Shown here: positions 8,489 to 18,543 of the stretch, one piece after another
How the letters are laid out: each line of letters begins with the position of its first letter
Numbering within the stretch: position 1 is the first letter of the stretch
Assembly: GCA_963782525.1 (NCBI GenBank)
Contig: CAWAKC010000001.1
Span: 448,001 to 512,000, forward strand
DNA from: Candidatus Bathyarchaeota archaeon
GTDB taxonomy: Archaea; Thermoproteota; Bathyarchaeia; Bathyarchaeales; Bathycorpusculaceae
DNA: 64,000 nucleotides
Direction of reading: 5' to 3'
The notes under the pieces: model-generated
What the model was told of the DNA's origin: nothing
What the model saw: only the letters and a program-made list of their open reading frames with translations
The model's database searches: none
Made by a program: the position numbers and the translations under genes

Positions 8489-11251
8489 TTATGGCCTTTT
8501 CCTCAGCAATAGCAGACCGACTATGGCTATTGAAATGATTATAGCAATCACTCCAACTGCCAAGTACATGATTATGTCTGTTGTTGTTGCAAGGTTTGTT
8601 TGGGGTGTAGTTGTTGGTGCATTTGTTGGTGCTGCTTCTACAACGCTCAGGTAGGTTTGCGCTAATGAACTGCTGTAGGCTTTGGAGCCATGGAATGTGG
8701 CGATTATCTGGTATGTTCCTGATATTTCGGGTTTCCAGTTGCATCCGTATGCGCCGGTTAAATCGCTTGTGACGCTGCCGATTTGAATATAGTTGCCGTT
8801 TGGATCAATAGCAGTTAATTCTACTGGGACACCGGTAGCGTTTGTTGGCTTTGCTTGGTTCTCGTATAGGTATTCCATCCATGGACCCATGCTTTCGTCG
8901 GATATCGCAGGTGTACCTTCAAGCGTGAAGTCATAGAGATTATTCATGTTGCGTCTGCCTGATTTTGTTTGATCAGTTACTGTACCGGTGATGGTTACGC
9001 TAGAGCCTAGTGTTGGATCAGCCTGCGGCGCGTTAACTGTTGTAGCACTTGTGCCTGGACCTATGCAGTATATTTGGTTGTCAAAGTAGTTTAGACCTAC
9101 AACTTTGCCATCGCCAAATTGCATGTATTGACCTGTGAGATGTGCACCGTTGTCAGCGCCCATGCCTAAAAGTGACCAGATTTCTGTTCCATCAGCTGCA
9201 CTGATGCAGCGTATGTTTGGTCCTCTGTACAAGGGTTGAGTAATTGAGTGCTCGCCTGTAAGAGTGTAGATTTTGTCATCGCAAATGGCAAAGATGTTAA
9301 TCGGGTAGTTGCCATAGGGTGATTCGCCGCCTTCGTTTGTAGCTGTGAAGTTCCATGCCTGTTGACCAGTGGATATATTGTAGGCAATGCATACTCCGCC
9401 ATATCCTGTTGTTAGAAGCAAGCCTTTGTAGTAGTTGATTTGAGTGCTGTAGTAGTTTTGGTCAGGTTCTCTTGCACTTTCCCAGAGCAATGCGCCTGTC
9501 TTCATGTCATAACCCCAGTATTTCAGTTGCTTTGTAGAGTGGAATAGTATTATGCCGTCTTCGGGATAAACGCCGCTTAAGGATAGGGTTGTGTCGTTTT
9601 GTGCAACTGATGCGTATGGCGCTGAAAATGGTGTAGTCCACAATTGTGTGCCTTCTTTGCCTCTTTCCAAGCTATAGCACCATAGTTGACCTTGTACATT
9701 TCCGAGTTCGTTGTTTTGTCCTTGTGTACCGACGATTACAAAGCCGCCTACACCGTTTGTGTCACCTACACGAACAGTTCTAATTGTACCGTTTTGGTTA
9801 AGGGGGCTTGGTCCCATTGGCGTGGCTATTGAGGCGTTCACTGAGAATCCGGTTGAACCATCCCAAACGTATGCATTGCTTAGTGCTGGTCCTCCTCCGA
9901 ATCCTCCGCCTTCAGGTCTCCATTGCCAGTAAGTTGTACCAGTGTTGGGTCCTGTTGCGGTTTCGCCGAGAACGTTAGTGTTGTTCCAGCATGTTAAGTA
10001 ATATTTTGGATTTGCGTTTGTTCCTTTGTTAACAAGGTTGTACCAGAGTAAGTCACCATTGTTGCCGACGACGTTTGTACCTGATGCGGATGCGTTAGCT
10101 ATGTAACATATGTGACGAAGCGGCAGTGAGTATCCATCAAGCATTTCTAAGACTGAGCCGTTAGCAGTACCAAGACTTGGACCAGCTCTCCACAAGAGTG
10201 GGTATATTCCGTGTTGGTTAGGTGACTCATATTTGTAGAGTTGACCATAAGATGGCATAGTATCGTTGAAGTATCCTAGTAACTCACCTGTGTTTAAGTC
10301 AACAACGTTAAAGCCAATTGATCTATAGGCGTCCGCGCGATCTGCATAGTAAACTCTGCCATTTAGAATTATCGAGTTGAAGTCCATTCCTTGATAGTGT
10401 CCAGTTATATAGCCGTAATCTCCGAATCGAGCTTCAACGTCGCCGCCGGCATATAGGCTTCTTGTCCATAGAATGTGGGATGTTTCTGTCCCAAGACCAT
10501 AAACAAAACGGGTCGTGGTACCGCCGGATTGTCCTGTAGGTTGATTCCAAGCGCCATTAAGCCAGTTTCCTCCAAGTTGGAAGCCCCAATTTCTTGCAGC
10601 GTTGTTTATTGGGCGTGTCCAGTAATCTTGCGGAACAGGGGATTCATTCCATGCCGGTATTGGATCTTGCTGTACAGTAAAAGTTACATCTTCGCTATTT
10701 CCTGCGGTGTACAATTGGCTTGTCGGAGTTGGGTAACCATATTGTTTTGGGGTCGACACGTAAGTTCCGTTAGCTGCCTGTATTAGAGTGCTGTTTTTCC
10801 ATTGTTCAGGGAAAATAGCTTTGACAGTGTATTGACCAACTTCTGTGGGTGAATATATCATGTATCCACCGCCAATTGAGTCTTGTTGACCCACTGCGAC
10901 CGGAACATTAGTAGTCACTCCACTTGGCGTTGTGATGTTAAATGATACACCACTCCACACGGCTCTATTGAAGGCACCTGCAGTTATGAGTTCAGTTTCT
11001 CCAGTGTCTGGCGGAATGTCAGCAGTCCAGTAAGCAAAGACTTCGTCCTGTCCAACGCCAATCAAATTACTAGATACACTGCAATATACGTAAGAGGTAT
11101 GAGTAATTACATTAGTAGGGTAAGCTTGAGCAGCATCAACAGTTGGCGCAAATGCGAGTGCACCAGCCATAGATGCTATTAGCAAAAGAATGATTACCGT
11201 AGCTGATATTTTGTTTTTTGAGAGTTTTGCTGTTTTATTTATAGAAGTCAT
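8489..11251 (-). CDS. PQQ-like beta-propeller surface protein, paralog 3
   Basis: Same architecture. Start placed at ATG 11251 (MTSINK), since the ORF-track start at 11317 overlaps the promoter. Confidence 0.85.
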   Translation of the reverse strand: MTSINKTAKLSKNKISATVIILLLIASMAGALAFAPTVDAAQAYPTNVITHTSYVYCSVSSNLIGVGQDEVFAYWTADIPPDTGETELITAGAFNRAVWSGVSFNITTPSGVTTNVPVAVGQQDSIGGGYMIYSPTEVGQYTVKAIFPEQWKNSTLIQAANGTYVSTPKQYGYPTPTSQLYTAGNSEDVTFTVQQDPIPAWNESPVPQDYWTRPINNAARNWGFQLGGNWLNGAWNQPTGQSGGTTTRFVYGLGTETSHILWTRSLYAGGDVEARFGDYGYITGHYQGMDFNSIILNGRVYYADRADAYRSIGFNVVDLNTGELLGYFNDTMPSYGQLYKYESPNQHGIYPLLWRAGPSLGTANGSVLEMLDGYSLPLRHICYIANASASGTNVVGNNGDLLWYNLVNKGTNANPKYYLTCWNNTNVLGETATGPNTGTTYWQWRPEGGGFGGGPALSNAYVWDGSTGFSVNASIATPMGPSPLNQNGTIRTVRVGDTNGVGGFVIVGTQGQNNELGNVQGQLWCYSLERGKEGTQLWTTPFSAPYASVAQNDTTLSLSGVYPEDGIILFHSTKQLKYWGYDMKTGALLWESAREPDQNYYSTQINYYKGLLLTTGYGGVCIAYNISTGQQAWNFTATNEGGESPYGNYPINIFAICDDKIYTLTGEHSITQPLYRGPNIRCISAADGTEIWSLLGMGADNGAHLTGQYMQFGDGKVVGLNYFDNQIYCIGPGTSATTVNAPQADPTLGSSVTITGTVTDQTKSGRRNMNNLYDFTLEGTPAISDESMGPWMEYLYENQAKPTNATGVPVELTAIDPNGNYIQIGSVTSDLTGAYGCNWKPEISGTYQIIATFHGSKAYSSSLAQTYLSVVEAAPTNAPTTTPQTNLATTTDIIMYLAVGVIAIIISIAIVGLLLLRKRP

Positions 11252-11303
11252 TTTGTTTTTTTCTCTTCCTTTTAATTTGTAATAACAAACCCAGGAGTTA
11301 GAG

Positions 11304-11332
11304 CTAATAAACCACACTCACCTATCGTGAGT
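11304..11332 (-). promoter_or_regulatory. TATA-like box plus palindrome CTCACCTATCGTGAG (11317-11331)
   Basis: Conserved motif with the 6-bp spacer. Confidence 0.75.
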
Positions 11333-11431
11333 ACCAAAAAATGAAAACGTTTCTCTTTGAATTGAAAGATTACAATTTAGTCATTTCTCAAGAGAAAACA
11401 AAATAAACACAAGTTGAAGTAGATTAGAATT

Positions 11432-12097
11432 ATGTACCAAGAAGCGCGGGTCATAGTAGAAGTTGTATCGGCAATCATTTGCTTCATTCTTGTAAGATAC
11501 ATGATAAAACCATATTCGTTTACAAAAGAAGGCCGCTATCTTGGTTTACCTTTGGGGTTTACTTTTCTTGGTGCATCATACATTATTTCAGCCCTTGCAT
11601 ACACCGAACTTTATCATTTCTCTGACTTCCTATGGATTCAACTACTTGTAAGGACATTCGCATTTGTGTTCCTAGCAGTGACGTATTACTTTTCTAAGAA
11701 ACCTTCAAAAAATACCCGGCAGTTATGGGATATAACTCTTAGTTTGTTAATCGTTAGTGTATTTGCTTTGTTTCTGGTGACTTTTATATTTCCGCAAATT
11801 GCGTCAGATGCATATCTTGAAAGCCAAGTGTATATTAGAGTTTTTATCGTAATTTGCCTCTCTTACATCGCTATCCATACACTTAGAGGTCACATAAAGA
11901 ATCCAGATCCAACAACAATTTGGGTTCCAATGGGTTATATTCTTCTGGCAATAAGCCAATATTCACTTTTATTCTGGTATCTTGACAATAGCTTAGCTGC
12001 CTTTACAGGTTCCTTGGTACTTCGTTTAATGGCGTTAGTAATTTTTCTGGTAGTAACCTATCTTTCATTCAAAGAAAATAAAAGGAAGGGAAAATGA
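11432..12097 (+). CDS. Polytopic (~7 TM) membrane protein, putative sensor, paralog B
   Basis: About 7 hydrophobic segments, no kinase domain. Paralog of 3563-4243. Confidence 0.8.
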   Translation: MYQEARVIVEVVSAIICFILVRYMIKPYSFTKEGRYLGLPLGFTFLGASYIISALAYTELYHFSDFLWIQLLVRTFAFVFLAVTYYFSKKPSKNTRQLWDITLSLLIVSVFALFLVTFIFPQIASDAYLESQVYIRVFIVICLSYIAIHTLRGHIKNPDPTTIWVPMGYILLAISQYSLLFWYLDNSLAAFTGSLVLRLMALVIFLVVTYLSFKENKRKGK

Positions 12098-12372
12098 AAA
12101 AGATTTCACGGAGAGATAAACTGAAGATTTATGGCGACCTATTGTCTGTTCTTAAGGATAAAGCTAACAATGAAAACATAGTGTTAACTCAAGTTCAGGT
12201 ACGAATTAATGTGCCTTTCGATCGCTTAAAAAAATACATTTCTGAGATTAAGGAACTGGGATTAATTCAAGATGAGACCACACTTGTACTTACCGAAAAA
12301 GGCAAACAATACCTAAGTGAATACGAGAGCGTTCTCGAGTTTATGAAGCGTATGGGTATTACTTACCAATAG
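12094..12372 (+). CDS. Small winged-HTH regulator (HTH_45-like), paralog B
   Basis: RRDKLKIYGDLL...NVPFDRLKKY...LTEKGKQYL. 4-bp overlap with the upstream gene. Confidence 0.8.
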   Translation: MKKISRRDKLKIYGDLLSVLKDKANNENIVLTQVQVRINVPFDRLKKYISEIKELGLIQDETTLVLTEKGKQYLSEYESVLEFMKRMGITYQ

Positions 12373-12523
12373 AGAAAACATAACCAAACAGATAATCAAC
12401 ATTGTTTTTCATCATCGATGAATTTTTCAAGTTGGAGCAGAAAAAACTAAAATCACTTTTTTAATTAAAGTATATTGCCGTTCAGTCAAAGAAAAACAGT
12501 TTAGAAAAAGTAAGTTTGGTGGT

Positions 12524-12829
12524 TTATGGGAAGAATCCCATGCATCGACCATATCCAGAGGGCCCTTGATATACCGTTGTTGTGTTGGTATATGGGTTTG
12601 TTACAGTTATGTTTGATGGTAGACCTTGATCGACTAATGTTTCTGTTCCATCGTATTGCGCTCCTCTAAATCCGAAGCATCTGCCCATCCAGCCGAAAAA
12701 GCCATTGGTTGTTTCACTGTTTGCTGTTCCGTTAGGCGCTTTAGTAGCTATCTGCGCTGAAACCAATCCAACTACTACAACTGCTAATACTCCAACAATG
12801 ACCAATGCTGCTATTAGTTTGGTGTTCAT
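12524..12829 (-). CDS. Small exported hypothetical protein
   Basis: GAGGTGA RBS before ATG 12829, signal peptide, Gly-rich GFFGWMGRCFG segment. Confidence 0.65.
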   Translation of the reverse strand: MNTKLIAALVIVGVLAVVVVGLVSAQIATKAPNGTANSETTNGFFGWMGRCFGFRGAQYDGTETLVDQGLPSNITVTNPYTNTTTVYQGPSGYGRCMGFFP

Positions 12830-13116
12830 GTTCTTTTTCACCTCAACATACAATAGCTCTTCGAATGGTAAGATAGTTCGCTGAAACAATTATGAAACAT
12901 TTTTTTGAAACGTTTTCTTTCATAAAAAAAGGGTTATTTTGTGTGTTTAGTCACAGACTCTTTGTTGCAAGAATGTTCCCATCTAGGAGTTATAAAGAAG
13001 CAAAGTATTTTTTGGAAGACCAAGTTAACCCAGATAAAAAGTACACTGATTGAGCAACAGAAAACCACGTTTCTGGATTGTCAGAACCCTTTTATAGTTA
13101 ACTTTTCAGAGTAATA

Positions 13117-13422
13117 TTGGTGATATTTTTGTCGAATTTTATTGTTCTAGGAAACTGGACCGAACAGGGCATAAAAAATGTCGCAGAGGTCCCGGAAAGA
13201 GTTAAGCAAAGCAGAAAAATGGTTGAAAAAGCTGGCGGAAAAATGCAGTTCTTCACAACTATGGGAAAATACGATTTTGTGCTTTTAGTTGAAATTCCCA
13301 AAGATGAAGATATGGCGGCGATTTCTTTGTGCGTAGGCAGCATGGGAAACATCCGCACCGTAACGATGAAGGCATGGACAGAAGCCGAAGTCACTAAAAT
13401 ACTCACAGCATCTCACGTTTAG
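13117..13422 (+). CDS. GYD domain protein
   Basis: WTEQG...GG...TMGKYD...GNIRTVTMKA pattern. Confidence 0.8.
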   Translation: MVIFLSNFIVLGNWTEQGIKNVAEVPERVKQSRKMVEKAGGKMQFFTTMGKYDFVLLVEIPKDEDMAAISLCVGSMGNIRTVTMKAWTEAEVTKILTASHV

Positions 13423-13691
13423 CCTCAAAACCCGCTCAAACTTTTTCAACAACTCACTTTTTTTCGTTTATTTGAAATTGCGACTATACTCCATACTTTG
13501 TACCGGCAAAAGACCCTCAGAAATTGGCGGCTAAAAGTAATAGAAATCAAAATAATATTTCATATTTTTAATACGTTCTTATAGAGGAGGTAAACAACCC
13601 ATTTTTTCTTAATCCAAATAATTGGAAGATTGTTTTCCAATAATAGAGAAATTATGCAAAATTATTTAAACCAATTCAGTTGAATAAGTTT

Positions 13692-13766
13692 GGGGTTGAG
13701 GGTTGGGCAGTTGGGTTTACTAGACATTTACCCATCTTTTCTCCTAAAAGCTACCCCTCAACCTTT
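13692..13766 (+). ncRNA. Candidate structured sRNA with an anti-SD loop
   Basis: TATA at 13662-13670, terminal stem GGTTGAGGG/CCCTCAACC, inner hairpin CTTTT-CTCCT-AAAAG. Confidence 0.4.
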
Positions 13767-14005
13767 CTACATACAAAATAAAATGGAGAAATAAATTAAG
13801 ATTGCCCTTGCCATTTTAAAAGCTGCACAAGTATTTAGTTTGTTTTGAACCAAGAATCATTTGTTGCGTTTTATATTTTCTGAAGATAAAATTGAATCCA
13901 ACATTATTCCGCCTTTTATCAACGGATTTGATATCCCTTGATTCAGTTCAGTATCTGCAAATAACAATTTTTATATAGCAAATATTACGATACAACGCAC
14001 ACGAG

Positions 14006-14257
14006 ATGCCACGCACATTGCAGAATTTCAACCAAACATCTTTTTCTCTAGCTCTTATAGCCATGGTTCTCTTGACGTTAGGAACGGTTTCAATCTCATC
14101 AGCCGCAGATCAGACAGCTACATTGCCGCCCCGCACATTAATCGACAAATGGACAATCATAGGCATCATATCGGCATTAAGCTTGGCTGTTGCAGGGATA
14201 TTGATAGTTTCTGTCTTCTTTGTTAGGCAAAGAAAAATGCCGCCACCTCCAAAATAA
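14006..14257 (+). CDS. Small membrane protein (signal/TM + TM + basic tail)
   Basis: Two hydrophobic segments. TTTATATA box upstream. Confidence 0.55.
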   Translation: MPRTLQNFNQTSFSLALIAMVLLTLGTVSISSAADQTATLPPRTLIDKWTIIGIISALSLAVAGILIVSVFFVRQRKMPPPPK

Positions 14258-14504
14258 GGTGGAGCCTTCAAAAAATTGTACGATATAGAAACATATTTTA
14301 TCCAAGAAAAAAAATACGCAGTCACTCTGCAACCAAAAAAATCGATTATGCCCGCTTGGATATCTCAAAGCGATATAACCGAACAACAGATTGGAACCCA
14401 GAATCGTGCTTCTATAGTCAAATTTAAGCTTTCGCAGAATTCTTCTATATCAGTAAAAAATGCTCTTGAAAGTTCTGCAATCGAGATACTTTAAAAAATC
14501 CCAC

Positions 14505-14810
14505 CTATTCAATGGTGTACAGTGAATGCGCAGAAAAGTTCTGATTTTCGAAAGGTACCGATTTAGTAACGTGAAGGATGCCCGCATTAGGACCTGTTGT
14601 AACGTAGATGATTTCAACTTCGGGAAATTGAGTTTTTATTAATTCTTGAATTTTAAATAGATCGCTATTGGTCGCTTTAAATATAATTGCCCTGGGTTTG
14701 ATTCTTTTTGAAAAAATATCTGACTCTGAAATAACTTTTAGTGTGTTTTTCGTAGTATCTTCTACCGTGGTTGACTCTTCTATGGAAGATTCTATAATGA
14801 TTTTTTCCAC
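14505..14810 (-). CDS. Small unknown protein, KIKPRA family, copy 2
   Basis: RIKPRAIIFKA...ELIKTQFPEVEIIYVTTGP...LYTIE. Confidence 0.75.
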   Translation of the reverse strand: MEKIIIESSIEESTTVEDTTKNTLKVISESDIFSKRIKPRAIIFKATNSDLFKIQELIKTQFPEVEIIYVTTGPNAGILHVTKSVPFENQNFSAHSLYTIE

Positions 14811-14886
14811 GCCCCTTCGCCCTCACACTTTTTCTTGATTCTTTTTAAAAATTAAAAAAAGGGAAATGGGTTTGATTGTATGTTTT

Positions 14887-17508
14887 TTATGGTCGTTTTC
14901 GGAGCAGTAGTAATCCGACTATTGCTATTGCAATTATTATGGCGACTGTTGAGAGGGCGATGTATGTTTCGGTGGGTGGCATCGTAAGTACTGGGTATGG
15001 GGATGGTGTAGGTGCTGAATCGGTGACTGCCATGGCGGTTTCTGCATGTGAGGCAAAGTACGAGTTGGTTCCGTAGAATGAGGTGATGATTGTGTATTTG
15101 CCTGAAATCTCTGGAGTGAACACGTAGCTGTATTGGCCGTTAATGTCGCTTGTGGTGTTGCCGATGTGTACTAAGTTGCTGTTTGGATCGATTGCATCTA
15201 TGCTGACTTGGACACCTTTTGCGTCTGTGGGTATTGGTCTTTCATGGTAGGTGTATTCCATCCATGCGGTCATGAAATCATCCGATATTGCTGGTGTTCC
15301 TTTAGCGCCTGGAGATTGATCAGTGACACTTCCTCGTATGACTGCACTGGATCCAAGTGAGAGAACTGTATCTGGAGCTGTCACGGTTGTTTCAGTTTGT
15401 CCCTTACCGAAGCAATAGATCGAATTGTCCATCTGGTCATAGTTTACGAGGTAACCATCGGCTATTGCCATGCCATTTGATAAGCTGGTGATGTTCCACA
15501 AGCCCGCTCCTGTATCAGCATCGAAGCAGTATATTGTCCAACCTCTGAGTAATGGTTGAGTGTGTGAGTGCTCGCCGGTGGTTACGTAGACTTTGTGGTC
15601 AGCGATGTATGTTTGTGCTGCGGGCCAATTGGGGTATGGACCTTCAAGTTTTCCTGGATTGAGGCTTGAGTTCCAGAGTAATTCACCTGTCTTTATGTCG
15701 TAGCAATAGAGTATACCTGCGTATCCTGCTGAGTAGATTTTGCCGTAGGCTGTTTGTCCGTTTAAGCCATACATGTCGTATTGGTCTTGGGAAGCTGAGG
15801 GACCCCAGACTTGTGCTCCTGTGTCTAAGCTGTAGCCGTACCATTGTCTGGTTTCTTTTAGTTTCATGGTAAAGATTCCAGCTTGTTCGTCAATGACTCC
15901 CATGATCATGGTGCCGTTGGTAATTGGTGCTCCATTGTAGTCTTTCTGCCACATCAGCGTTCCCATTGAACCTGGCTTCAAGCTTAATGCCCAAATGCTG
16001 TATGCGCCGACTCCGTACTGGAAGCTGGCTAATCCTTTTACGCCTATGAGTCTGTCGCTGAGGATGTTGTTGACGCTGCCTAAGTTTTTGGGCACAGTTA
16101 TGTTCCAGGAATAGCCATTGCTGCCGTCGATAGTTTCGCCTATGGGTTCTCTTAGCATCCAATAGAAAGCTTCTGCACTTTGGTAGGCTGAATATGGTAC
16201 GCCTAGGTTGTTGTTGGGGAAAGATATAGCTACTGTTGAATTCCAGAGTGCCAGCCAGCCGTTTACTTGGTCGTATACGTAGATCAGTTCTTCGCCATTC
16301 GGTCCGACTACGCGTGTTGAAGCTGCAAACTGTGCTCCACTTGACGGCACGTTAGCGATGTTACATATCCATTTACCAGTGTATGCATCATACATCTGCC
16401 ACACTGGGGAGTTTGCCGCTGCACTGAAAGAATAGACAGAGCCATTATTTCTCGTGTAGGAGTAGGTAATTGCTTTAGGCTGAGAGTAAGTTGACCATAG
16501 GTATGCGCTTGCTCCATGTTGGTTGCCAGTGTCGTATTCAAGTATTTGACCGAAGGAAAGTACAGGATACGTATAAGGTATTTCAGTAGCTCCTATGTGT
16601 GCGCCTGTTTGTGAGCCGACTTGGATGGGCCCAGTGCCATTGTTGTAGAATATTGGGTCGCCTGTCCGCAAATCAACGCAATACCAACCGTATCGTGGTG
16701 ATCTAGGTTCATTGTAGTAAAGTCTTCCGTCAATGATGATACCTGCAGTCCACATGCCTTCATAAGCGCTTCCCGTGAAGAAACTGTAATCGTCATATGG
16801 TTGTCCGACGATGCCGCCGGTAGCTGTTGGTTTTGACCATACTATATGGGCAGTGCTTGGTGCTGTTGTAGCTGTATTGAAGTTATATGAGGGAGTACCT
16901 CCGCCTAGCCAGTTGCCAGAAATCGCAGACCATTCTCTGTTGGTTGCATAAATTGGGCGTGACCAGTAATCTGTTGGAAGAGGAGTTCCTTGATATTCAG
17001 CTATGGGGTCGTGTTGTACAACGACATACACTGGATCGCTGGTGCTTGGTTGCAAAGTATCGTTAATGTACGCTCCGTAGGCTGCGGTGTAACCACCTGG
17101 GGGAGGATTAGCGCCTGCGTATTTGATCCCTGGAAATTTAGCGACAAATGTGTAAGTACCCTCTTGAGTGGGTGTGTAGTTAGTCCAGCCGCCTCCGACA
17201 GGATCAGAGGTGATTGGTCCTAAGGTCTCGGTTGTATTGTCAGGCCTTGTTATAGTTACAGTAAAGTTGAAGCGGTCACCATATTGTCCAGATGCTGTCT
17301 GCGGAAGTGTATCAAGCCAGAAGACAACTAAGGCATTCTGACCGACACCAACGGGGCTTGGAGTAACAGCGATGTAGGTCCAACTAGCTTTGTCCCATGG
17401 AGGACTATGCGCGGATGCTGTGGGCAAAGTAATGAAGGTTGTTGCGATAGATAGAATCAAAAGAAAGGCAATTGCAAAAGCAAAGGTTTTATTTTTATAG
17501 TTTTTCAT
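14887..17508 (-). CDS. PQQ-like beta-propeller surface protein, paralog 4 (873 aa)
   Basis: Same architecture. GNQHG, GEHS, TM + LRKRP. Confidence 0.85.
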   Translation of the reverse strand: MKNYKNKTFAFAIAFLLILSIATTFITLPTASAHSPPWDKASWTYIAVTPSPVGVGQNALVVFWLDTLPQTASGQYGDRFNFTVTITRPDNTTETLGPITSDPVGGGWTNYTPTQEGTYTFVAKFPGIKYAGANPPPGGYTAAYGAYINDTLQPSTSDPVYVVVQHDPIAEYQGTPLPTDYWSRPIYATNREWSAISGNWLGGGTPSYNFNTATTAPSTAHIVWSKPTATGGIVGQPYDDYSFFTGSAYEGMWTAGIIIDGRLYYNEPRSPRYGWYCVDLRTGDPIFYNNGTGPIQVGSQTGAHIGATEIPYTYPVLSFGQILEYDTGNQHGASAYLWSTYSQPKAITYSYTRNNGSVYSFSAAANSPVWQMYDAYTGKWICNIANVPSSGAQFAASTRVVGPNGEELIYVYDQVNGWLALWNSTVAISFPNNNLGVPYSAYQSAEAFYWMLREPIGETIDGSNGYSWNITVPKNLGSVNNILSDRLIGVKGLASFQYGVGAYSIWALSLKPGSMGTLMWQKDYNGAPITNGTMIMGVIDEQAGIFTMKLKETRQWYGYSLDTGAQVWGPSASQDQYDMYGLNGQTAYGKIYSAGYAGILYCYDIKTGELLWNSSLNPGKLEGPYPNWPAAQTYIADHKVYVTTGEHSHTQPLLRGWTIYCFDADTGAGLWNITSLSNGMAIADGYLVNYDQMDNSIYCFGKGQTETTVTAPDTVLSLGSSAVIRGSVTDQSPGAKGTPAISDDFMTAWMEYTYHERPIPTDAKGVQVSIDAIDPNSNLVHIGNTTSDINGQYSYVFTPEISGKYTIITSFYGTNSYFASHAETAMAVTDSAPTPSPYPVLTMPPTETYIALSTVAIIIAIAIVGLLLLRKRP

Positions 17509-17763
17509 TTTTATTCTCTTTCCTTTTGTTTATGACGCCATTGAGGCGTCGAACCTCCATTATCCTATTTTTTTATTTATTAGTTTTTTGGTAGTCTTCA
17601 CATTTTGAAAAAAGAAATAAAAAAAATTCTAGCAATCAGGTCTTAAAAATAATAATATTTCCTAACATTCATAGTAATCATGGCCAAGATGATAATTTTT
17701 GAATTGTATCATCAGTTGATCGTTTATGGGCCAGATTACGAAGAAACTTTCTTTGGAAATGGT

Positions 17764-17984
17764 TTATCCAAAGAAGCCGCCGAGATGTGATTGCTTAACT
17801 TTGGTCTTTTCTGTTGCCTTCTTCTGGCCTGGGAAAGATACCCAACCGCTCCACAGTTGTAGGCATTTTTCTGGGGCATAGCCGTGATAGTGATTGTTGA
17901 AGTACCCGTAGACCTTCTTGACTTTTCTGGCTGCTTCCTCAACCTTTGGAACCCTTGGCTCAGGTCTTCTTTGTTATAGCGGTA
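17764..17984 (-). pseudogene. DUF72 (YecE-like) C-terminal remnant
   Basis: YRYNKED, then a frameshift, then VPKVEEAARKVKKVYGYFNNHYHGYAPE. No N-terminal part is present. Confidence 0.6.
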
Positions 17985-18076
17985 TTAAAAAAAGGAAAAC
18001 TTATTTCATGTATCGTTAACAGATATAAACAAAAAAAGACCCTATTTCTCGTAAAGGAATACTGTATATGTGAAAT

Positions 18077-18178
18077 TTACCAGCCGGTGGGTTTCATGTC
18101 CGCCAGCGTTTGAGCTTTAAAGATGTAGTCACCGTCAAAACTGTCTAATATTGCATCAAAAATTTCTTTATCCATCAT
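18077..18178 (-). CDS. 33-aa small protein MMDKEIFDAILDSFDGDYIFKAQTLADMKPTGW
   Basis: GAGGTAA RBS immediately upstream. Below the ORF-track size cutoff. Confidence 0.4.
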   Translation of the reverse strand: MMDKEIFDAILDSFDGDYIFKAQTLADMKPTGW

Positions 18179-18338
18179 TCTTACCTCAACGGTTTTTTAT
18201 TTGAATGAAGAGCTCTCCTTTCTCCTCAAATATCAAGCTGTATGCCTGCCTTAAGAAGGATATTTCATAAACGGGAATATGTCAAGAAAGCTCAGTCTCT
18301 ATCGATATAATCGAAAAAATCAGATAAACAGCCGCTTC

Positions 18339-18425
18339 AAGAAACAATTCTAATATTAACTAATGCTGTCCTTTATTCAAACGCGTGTGGGCCGGTCGTC
18401 TAGCTTGGTTAGAACGTTGGCTTTA
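18339..18425 (+). repeat. Degenerate copy of the tRNA-Val promoter and 5' half
   Basis: Aligns with 20234-20324 and ends inside the anticodon loop. Confidence 0.8.
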
Positions 18426-18543
18426 TGGAGTTTTAAAGATATTGACCGACTCAGCCATTGTTATCGCTTGGTCTGTTTGTATAACTCTAATCTGATATCA
18501 AAAAAGTGATTGTGGATAAGCATTTAAACTGTTTCAATAGTAT

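Noticed and set aside
14276-14494. 72-aa + strand ORF
   Set aside because: TTG start, no recognisable motif. Not supportable, although not excluded.
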